DNA of 64,000 nucleotides from Alphaproteobacteria bacterium (GTDB lineage: Bacteria; Pseudomonadota; Alphaproteobacteria; UBA2966), in assembly GCA_964291395.2 (NCBI GenBank), contig OZ219856.1, forward strand, positions 2,208,001 through 2,272,000, read 5' to 3'. Positions 57,643 to 64,000 of the stretch are shown here, in pieces. How positions within the stretch are numbered: the first letter of the stretch is position 1; each line of letters opens with the position of its first letter. The position numbers and the translations under genes are program-made. The notes under the pieces are model-generated. The model saw only the letters and a list, made by a program, of their open reading frames with translations. It did no database searches and was not told the DNA's origin.

Positions 57643-58527
57643 GTGCTCGACAACACCTTCAAGAGATCGCTGGTGCTCCTGTGCATCGGGTCGAGCGCCA
57701 TGTGCGCCGCCATGGGGGTCTGGTACTGGACGACGCCGGGCTTGGTCGGGCCGGAGGTGCCGGCGGCCGACCTGACCATCGTTCTGACCATCGACCTGTC
57801 GGAGTACTGGCGGCCCCAGTTCGTGTACGCCCTCGTGGTGGCAGCCGCGGGCGGCATGCTTCAGGGGTTCACCGGCTTCGGCGCGACCCTCGTCATGGTG
57901 CCCCTGCTCACGTTCGTCTACGGGCCCGCGGAGTCCGTCGCCGTCGGCATCGGTCTCTCCGCCCTCGGGTCCGTTCTGCTGCTGCCGGAGGCATCTCGCG
58001 ACGCGGACTGGCCGGACGTCATTCCCGCCTGCCTCATGGGGTTCGTCATGGCACCCGCCGGGGTCATCCTGCTGCTCACCCTCGACCCGGGCATCACGCG
58101 CCGGCTGATGGGCGGGATCGTCATCCTGGTCGCCCTGATAATGATCCGAGGCTGGAACTACAACGGACCGCGCAACATTCTGACCAGTGCGGTGGCGGGC
58201 TCGTTCAGCGGCTTCACCGCCGGCTTCTTCGGCATGGCTGCCCCGGGGGCGACCATCTACTACCTCTCGGGAGCCATCCGGGCCGCCGTTCAGCGCGCCA
58301 ACATCCTCATCGTTCTCGGGGTGGTGTCGGCTGTTACCATGACGGGTGTCGCCGTCGGCGGCGGCGCGGATCTGGGTTCCCTCGTCCTGGGCATCCTCCT
58401 GATCCTGCCCTTCTCGCTCCCCATGTGGGTGGGTGCCCACTACTTCCGCCGCGCGTCCAACGACGTTTACCGGCAGGTCTGCCTGTGGCTGCTGATCGTC
58501 ATGGGCACGGCGGTCATCGTGCTGTAG
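57643..58527 (+). CDS. TSUP (TauE/SafE) family transporter with N-terminal extension
   Basis: GGMLQGFTGFG..LV.VP, GFTAGFFG...P, RAN; GGAGGAG RBS before the GTG. Confidence 0.85.
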   Translation: MLDNTFKRSLVLLCIGSSAMCAAMGVWYWTTPGLVGPEVPAADLTIVLTIDLSEYWRPQFVYALVVAAAGGMLQGFTGFGATLVMVPLLTFVYGPAESVAVGIGLSALGSVLLLPEASRDADWPDVIPACLMGFVMAPAGVILLLTLDPGITRRLMGGIVILVALIMIRGWNYNGPRNILTSAVAGSFSGFTAGFFGMAAPGATIYYLSGAIRAAVQRANILIVLGVVSAVTMTGVAVGGGADLGSLVLGILLILPFSLPMWVGAHYFRRASNDVYRQVCLWLLIVMGTAVIVL

Positions 58528-58561
58528 TTCCGCACCCCCGCCCGACTCCGACACCTCCCGG

Positions 58562-59302
58562 ATGATCGAACTCTCGCAGTTCCTGACCCTCTCGTTCGCC
58601 TTCGCTGGAGCCGCCGCCGTGCTGGGCGGGATTCTCATGGGGTTCACGGGTTTCGGCTCGACGCTCGTGATGGTCCCGCTGCTCACCATCGTCTACGGCC
58701 CTGCCGAGGCGGTGGTCGTGGGCGTCTCCATCTCCGCCGCGGGGTTGGCCCAGATGGTGCCGCAGGCATCCCGCGACGCGGTATGGAGGGACGTGATCCC
58801 GACCTGCATCGGCGCCATGACGCTGATCCCGGTGGGAACCGCGCTCCTCTTGCTCACGGATCCCGAACTGACTCGGCGGCTGATCGGTGCGGTGGTTCTC
58901 CTGGTGGCGATCGTGATGCTGCGCGGCTGGTCGTACTCCGGGCCGCGTAATCGCTGGACCGCGGCTCTTTGCGGGGCCGTCGGCGGGTTCACCAACGGTT
59001 ACTTCGGGATCGGTGCCCCCGCAGTCACGTTTTATTTCCTCGGGCCGAGGGTCAGCGCCGCGGTGGCGCGGGCCAACATCCTGTTGATCATCGGCACCTT
59101 TTCCGTGGCCACCGTCATCGCGATCGCGATCGGAGGTGGCATCGGCGCCGACACGGGGTTGCGCGCCGTCGTCCTGTTCGTGCCCTATTCGCTGTCGCTT
59201 TGGATCGGATCGCGGTTGTTCCGGCGCGCCTCGGACGACCTCTACCGCAACATCGCCCTCTGGCTGCTGATGGCCATGGGCGTGACCGTGCTCGTGTTCT
59301 AG
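58562..59302 (+). CDS. TSUP (TauE/SafE) family transporter
   Basis: GGILMGFTGFG..LVMVP, GGFTNGYFG.GAP, RAN; paralogue of the upstream gene. Confidence 0.88.
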   Translation: MIELSQFLTLSFAFAGAAAVLGGILMGFTGFGSTLVMVPLLTIVYGPAEAVVVGVSISAAGLAQMVPQASRDAVWRDVIPTCIGAMTLIPVGTALLLLTDPELTRRLIGAVVLLVAIVMLRGWSYSGPRNRWTAALCGAVGGFTNGYFGIGAPAVTFYFLGPRVSAAVARANILLIIGTFSVATVIAIAIGGGIGADTGLRAVVLFVPYSLSLWIGSRLFRRASDDLYRNIALWLLMAMGVTVLVF

Positions 59303-60690
59303 CCGGCCGGCCTCGTCCTCGCGAACTCGGGCCGATCCTTGATCCCGGCAAGCTCGGCTTCGATGTAAGCCACCCGCTCCCCGCGCGACATACCGTCCGC
59401 CGAACGGAGAACCTCGATGACGGCGTCGGACACGCGCCGACGCAGCTCCTCGTCGTCCCCGCCCGGCACCTCCGGCATCGGGATGATCGTGTCGCTGCAG
59501 TAGGACGGCACTTCCCCCCCGTTCTGCGGCGGCCGGGCGGGCGGCTCCCCGTTCCGCACCCGCTCGATGCCGGCACGGAGGTTCTTGCGCAGGATGGCGA
59601 CGCCCCGGTCGGTGTGGCCGAGGTTCTCGGTGCCGTGCACGGCGACGAGTCCCTGTCCTACCTGCGCCTCGTAGTCACTCGGGACGCGCTGGCGCTCCTC
59701 GTAGGGCCGGTCCGCGGTCTGGCCCAGGAAGTCGACGGTATCCTTGCCTACCAGCTCGCGGCGTCCCTGGTTGTCCGGGTCGATGGCCTTACCGAAGTGC
59801 CGCCAGGCCGTGATCCTGGTCGTCGTGTCGTCGACCGGCACCGTCCACTTGGTAATTGCGGCACGCTGGAAATACTTTTCGGCTTCCGCGGTCTCGAAGA
59901 ACGATCCGACCTGGCTGAAGCTCGGAAAGAACGTCTCGTAGACCCGCACCCAGACATTGTCCTTCCAGCGGAAGGTGCAGACGTTGCAGGTGTGCCGGCC
60001 GTTGTCATGCTCATACCAATCGATGACCGGAATCTCGCCCCAGCTCTCCTCGAAGTGATCGACGGAGTGGTTCGCATGCAGAAAGACCGTGTGGTACGGA
60101 TCCGTGGTGTTCTCGGCGATCTGCAGCCAGTTCGCCGGATACGAGATCGAATACGGCACCAACTCGTCGTCGGCCAGGTTGAAGGTGTCGTAGACCGGGA
60201 ACTCCGGCATCCAATCCTGCGGCCCCATGTACACGAACAGCAGGCCCTTGAACTCGATCACGGGATAAGCGCCGTGGAACACCCTTTCCTTGATCCTGCT
60301 ATTGGCGGGCTCGCCCGGCGTGTCGAGGATGGTTCCGTCGACGGCGTACTCCCAGCCGTGGTAGCAGCACCGGATACCGCATTCCGTCACGTGCCCGAAC
60401 TCGAGGGACGTGTTGCGATGGCTGCAGTTCAAATGAAGGCAGCCGTACTCGCCCCGGCGGGTCTTGAACACCACCAGGTCCTCGCCGAGGAGTCTGGTCC
60501 TGAAGGGGAGATCGCCAGGAACCTCCTCCGTCATCCCGATCGGCCACCAGAAAGTCCGCAAATACTCCCCGCACGGCGTGCCAGGGCCCGTCTCGGTAAG
60601 CAGCGGATCGGGCGGCGGACGGTTGGCCTTCTGCGCGCCACGGAAGTTACCCTTCGGCGGATCAGGCCGGACGAATTCTGCAACGCTCAT
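59299..60690 (-). CDS. Rieske non-heme iron oxygenase alpha subunit
   Basis: GPGTPCGEYLRTFWWP, CSHRNTSL...CCYHGW, ENTTDPYH..FLH, ENLG.TDRGV. Confidence 0.92.
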   Translation of the reverse strand: MSVAEFVRPDPPKGNFRGAQKANRPPPDPLLTETGPGTPCGEYLRTFWWPIGMTEEVPGDLPFRTRLLGEDLVVFKTRRGEYGCLHLNCSHRNTSLEFGHVTECGIRCCYHGWEYAVDGTILDTPGEPANSRIKERVFHGAYPVIEFKGLLFVYMGPQDWMPEFPVYDTFNLADDELVPYSISYPANWLQIAENTTDPYHTVFLHANHSVDHFEESWGEIPVIDWYEHDNGRHTCNVCTFRWKDNVWVRVYETFFPSFSQVGSFFETAEAEKYFQRAAITKWTVPVDDTTTRITAWRHFGKAIDPDNQGRRELVGKDTVDFLGQTADRPYEERQRVPSDYEAQVGQGLVAVHGTENLGHTDRGVAILRKNLRAGIERVRNGEPPARPPQNGGEVPSYCSDTIIPMPEVPGGDDEELRRRVSDAVIEVLRSADGMSRGERVAYIEAELAGIKDRPEFARTRPAG

Positions 60691-60884
60691 CGAAGCTCTC
60701 CCGTCCCGTCGCTTCCGCGATACGCCGCTGATCGCACCGGGGCGCACGCGGAAATTTCCCGGCGGCAACTATGCCCCAGGCGAACGCGCCCCTTCAACCG
60801 GCGAACTCCCGCAACTCCGACTCCCGCGGGCACTTCGTGTAGATCGGGCCCGCTCCCCGGCGACGGGGAGACGCGGATCGAGGG

Positions 60885-60990
60885 GTCGCCCAGTCCGCGA
60901 ACGACGATCGGAACCCATGCGGCACGGCCTCGATCCCGAGCTTCCGGAGTAGATCGGAGAGCATACTATTGTCTATCGCGCGACCCCGCG
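60885..60990 (-). pseudogene. Tyrosine integrase (P4/IntA-type) remnant
   Basis: RGRAIDNSMLSDLLRKLGIEAVPHGFRSSFADWA matches the catalytic HxxR box 'PHGFRSSFRDWA'. The rest of the gene is absent. Confidence 0.7.
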
Positions 60991-60996
60991 CCGCCG

Positions 60997-62313
60997 TCAG
61001 CACACCGAGTCGGGCGGTCGCGACGCTTGGACTCGTCCCCAATCCAGGACCTCGGGTTCCATGATCTCGGGCTCCGGCTCTCCTTCCTCCGGCTCGGACC
61101 GGGGATCGAGCTCTGCGATCACCGGCGTCGTCGTGGGCATCGGCGAGAATGGAGTCTGATCCTCCACGGGAAGCGGCTCGCGCCGCGTCATGCGATACAT
61201 GACGAACGACGCCAGGATCGCCGTTGCGGCCCCGGTGAAGACGAAGAGACCGAAGGGTCCCGCCAGGCCCATGATCGCCGATGCGGCAATCGGGCCGATG
61301 ACCGCGCCGACACCGTACGCGAACAGGAGGCCCGCGCTGACGGATACGAGCTGGGACGTATCGGCGAAGTCGTTGGCATGAGTCACGCCCTGGCCATAGA
61401 GGGTGAAGGCGAGGCCGCCATAGACCGCGACCAAGGAGAGCAGCATGAGGAATGGAAGGTCGCCGACGACGACGATGGCAACACTGGCCGCGGCGGCGCC
61501 CACCAGGACCCACATGACGACTCTGCGGCGGTCGAAGCGGTCCGAGAACCATCCGACAGGCCATTGCAGGACGAGGCCGGCGAAAATGGCCGTGGCCATG
61601 AAGGTCGACACTTGACCCGTGTCGAAACCGCTCTGTTGGGCGAACAAGGGACCCATGTTGAAGAACGCGGCATTGACCGCCCCGGCCGAGAAACACAGCG
61701 CGACGCCGAGGGGAGAGATTCGAGCCAGCGCCAGGATGCCGAGCCGCCCGCTCGGATCGGGCACGGGCGCCTCCATCCGCGTCAGCGCTACGGGGACGAG
61801 GCAGACCGCGAACAGCATGGCGACGACGCTGAATAGAACGAACGTCTCCGGACCGCCGAGGTTCAGCATCAGCTGCCCCGCGCTCAAGGCGAGAAACGAG
61901 GTCACCATGTAGAGGGAGAGAATCCGCCCACGAACCTCGTTGGGGACCTTGGCGTTGATCCACGACTCGGCGATCGTGTAGAGCCCCGCCGTGCAGTATC
62001 CGGTAAGAACCCGCAGAGCGCCCCAAGTGATCTCCGAAATGAACACCGGGTGCAGGAGCGCCGAGCACGCGGCAAGCGCCGCGAGCGCCGCGAACGAACG
62101 GATGTGGCCGACGCGGTCCACGAACCAGCGGCACGTCTGCGCACCGAGTATGAAGCCCACCGAGAAGCAGGAAAGCACGATGCCGACCGACAGAGCCGGC
62201 ATGTCCTCGATCCCCATGCGGACGGCCAGCAACGTCGTGAACAAACCGTTTCCGGTAATGAGCAGTCCCGCGCCTAGGAACAGCGCTCCGAGGACCGGCA
62301 ACAACTGAACCAT
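60997..62313 (-). CDS. MFS transporter (YcaD-like)
   Basis: GNGL..TLL, RVGHIRSFA, ESWIN...RG..LSLY, QWPVG..SDRFDRR, HAND, G...GP. Confidence 0.92.
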   Translation of the reverse strand: MVQLLPVLGALFLGAGLLITGNGLFTTLLAVRMGIEDMPALSVGIVLSCFSVGFILGAQTCRWFVDRVGHIRSFAALAALAACSALLHPVFISEITWGALRVLTGYCTAGLYTIAESWINAKVPNEVRGRILSLYMVTSFLALSAGQLMLNLGGPETFVLFSVVAMLFAVCLVPVALTRMEAPVPDPSGRLGILALARISPLGVALCFSAGAVNAAFFNMGPLFAQQSGFDTGQVSTFMATAIFAGLVLQWPVGWFSDRFDRRRVVMWVLVGAAAASVAIVVVGDLPFLMLLSLVAVYGGLAFTLYGQGVTHANDFADTSQLVSVSAGLLFAYGVGAVIGPIAASAIMGLAGPFGLFVFTGAATAILASFVMYRMTRREPLPVEDQTPFSPMPTTTPVIAELDPRSEPEEGEPEPEIMEPEVLDWGRVQASRPPDSVC

Positions 62314-62465
62314 CCGCTATCCCCGATTCATCATTCCACGAGAGTTTTCCGCCGCTACGTGTTGCGGACGACGCTGCGTCAAATGGGAATTCCCGCCCTG
62401 AGACGCAAGATCATTCGCGAAATTCGGTTGGGACCGGACGGGTGTTGGAACGGGAGCGCTGCCGC

Positions 62466-64000
62466 TCACATGTTGCGCCGGTACTGGCCACCCACCTCGA
62501 ATAGGGCATCGGTGATCTGCCCGAGCGAGCAGACGCGGACGGCATCCATCAGCACCGCAAAGACGTTGCCGTTTGCCGCCGCCGCCGTCTGGAGGCGTTC
62601 GAGCATGGCCGGCGCCTCCGCCGCGTGACGCTCGTGAAAGCCGCGCAGACGCTTGAGCTGGCTCTTCTTCTCCCTGTCCGTCGACCGGGCCAATGCCACG
62701 GTCGTCGTCTTCGGCACGTCGGCGTCGGGATCGATGAAGGTGTTGACGCCGACGAGGGGATAACTGCCGTCGTGCTTGCGGGTCTCGTAGTAAAGCGATT
62801 CGTCCTGGATCTTGCCGCGCTGGTAACCGGTTTCCATGGCACCGAGCACTCCTCCGCGCTCGGAGATGCGCTCGAACTCCTTGAGGACCGCCTCTTCCAC
62901 GAGGTCGGTGAGCTCGTCAATGATGAAGGATCCCTGGTTCGGGTTTTCGTTACCGGCCAGACCCCACTCCTTGTTGATGATGAGTTGAATGGCCACGGCC
63001 CGGCGCACCGACTCTTCCGACGGCGTAGTGATCGCCTCGTCGTACGCGTTGGTGTGCAGGCTGTTGGTGCCATCGTAGGTGGCAACCAGCGCCTGCAGAG
63101 TGGTCCGGATATCGTTGAAGGCGTATTCCTGCGCGTGCAGGGAACGTCCCGACGTCTGCGTGTGATACTTGAGCTTCTGACTCCGTTCCGAAGCTCCGTA
63201 TTTCTCGCGCATGGTCACGGCCCAGATCCGCCGAGCCACCCGGCCAAGCACCGTGTATTCCGGGTCCATGCCCGCCGAGAAGAAGAACGACAAGTTGGGG
63301 GCGAAGTCGTCGACATCCATGCCCCGAGCGAGGTACGCCTCCACATACGTGAATCCGTTCGCCAGCGTGAAGGCGAGTTGACTGATCGGATTCGCCCCCG
63401 CCTCGGCGATGTGGTAGCCGGAGATCGATACCGAATAGAAGTTCGTCACGTCGTGTTCGACGAAATACTCCTGGATGTCGCCCATCACCTTGAGCGAGAA
63501 CTCGGTGGAGAACAGGCAGGTGTTCTGGCCCTGGTCCTCCTTGAGGATGTCGGCCTGCACGGTTCCGCGGACGTTTTCGTGCACCCATTGCCGGATCTTC
63601 GCGGCCTCCGCTTTCTTCGGGTCGCGTCCGTGGTCGGTCCTGAACTTGTCGAGCCGCTGATCGATGGCGGTGTTGAGGAACATCGCCATAATCGTGGGTG
63701 CCGGCCCGTTGATGGTCATGGAGACGGACGTCGAGGGGTCGCACAAGTCGAAACCGTCGTACGTCGCCTTCATGTCGTCGAGGGTCGCGATCGACACGCC
63801 CGAGTTGCCGACCTTTCCATAGATGTCGGGCCGCAGGTCGGGATCGTTGCCGTAGAGCGTCACCGAGTCGAAAGCCGTCGACAGGCGCTTGGCGTCCGAG
63901 TGCTTGGACAGGAGCTTGAAGCGCTTGTTGGTGCGGAACGGATCACCCTCGCCCGCGAACATCCGCGTGGGGTCTTCGCCCCGGCGCTTGAAGGGGAATA
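62466..64000 (-). CDS. icmF: Fused isobutyryl-CoA mutase IcmF (3' part; gene runs off the window)
   Basis: [69 protein letters not shown]-terminus. Confidence 0.9.
   Translation of the reverse strand, partial: FPFKRRGEDPTRMFAGEGDPFRTNKRFKLLSKHSDAKRLSTAFDSVTLYGNDPDLRPDIYGKVGNSGVSIATLDDMKATYDGFDLCDPSTSVSMTINGPAPTIMAMFLNTAIDQRLDKFRTDHGRDPKKAEAAKIRQWVHENVRGTVQADILKEDQGQNTCLFSTEFSLKVMGDIQEYFVEHDVTNFYSVSISGYHIAEAGANPISQLAFTLANGFTYVEAYLARGMDVDDFAPNLSFFFSAGMDPEYTVLGRVARRIWAVTMREKYGASERSQKLKYHTQTSGRSLHAQEYAFNDIRTTLQALVATYDGTNSLHTNAYDEAITTPSEESVRRAVAIQLIINKEWGLAGNENPNQGSFIIDELTDLVEEAVLKEFERISERGGVLGAMETGYQRGKIQDESLYYETRKHDGSYPLVGVNTFIDPDADVPKTTTVALARSTDREKKSQLKRLRGFHERHAAEAPAMLERLQTAAAANGNVFAVLMDAVRVCSLGQITDALFEVGGQYRRNM

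Noticed and set aside
58969-61836. 955-aa + strand ORF, and similar long ORFs such as 25234-27870, 45120-47228, 36675-38519 and 12978-14711
   Set aside because: They are antisense or off-frame shadows of well-supported genes. Such ORFs are expected in high-GC DNA with strong codon bias, and they carry no recognisable motifs.

Overview
High-GC (roughly 65-68% by eye) bacterial chromosomal window, probably proteobacterial (inferred from the gene repertoire). It is densely packed with transport and catabolic genes: a circularly permuted ATP-grasp/alpha-E/transglutaminase trio, an NCS2 permease with an unusual C-terminal domain, ProXWV and OppABCDF ABC systems, and two orphan xanthine-dehydrogenase-family large subunits flanking a sulfatase-NagB-ROK-oxidoreductase cassette. 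Further on are amidases, a cysteine-less hydantoin-racemase homologue, a thiol-redox gene group, a TRAP system with hydantoinase A/B, a hot-dog/hydratase/carboxyltransferase/BCCP/Rieske/lyase catabolic cluster, an MFS transporter and the 3' part of icmF. The most notable non-coding signal is a SAM-I-superfamily riboswitch with SAM-I/IV-like architecture (about 36107-36236). It is followed by a 25-codon uORF and a single-Cys OsmC plus flavoprotein gene pair. Several intergenic gaps hold eroded fragments (two helicases, HigA, integrase), and two genes are frameshifted (vapC and a DUF1640-like repeat protein). I saw no rRNA, tRNA, CRISPR array, intact mobile element or transcription-factor gene. 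All family assignments come from motif recognition by eye, not from database searches.
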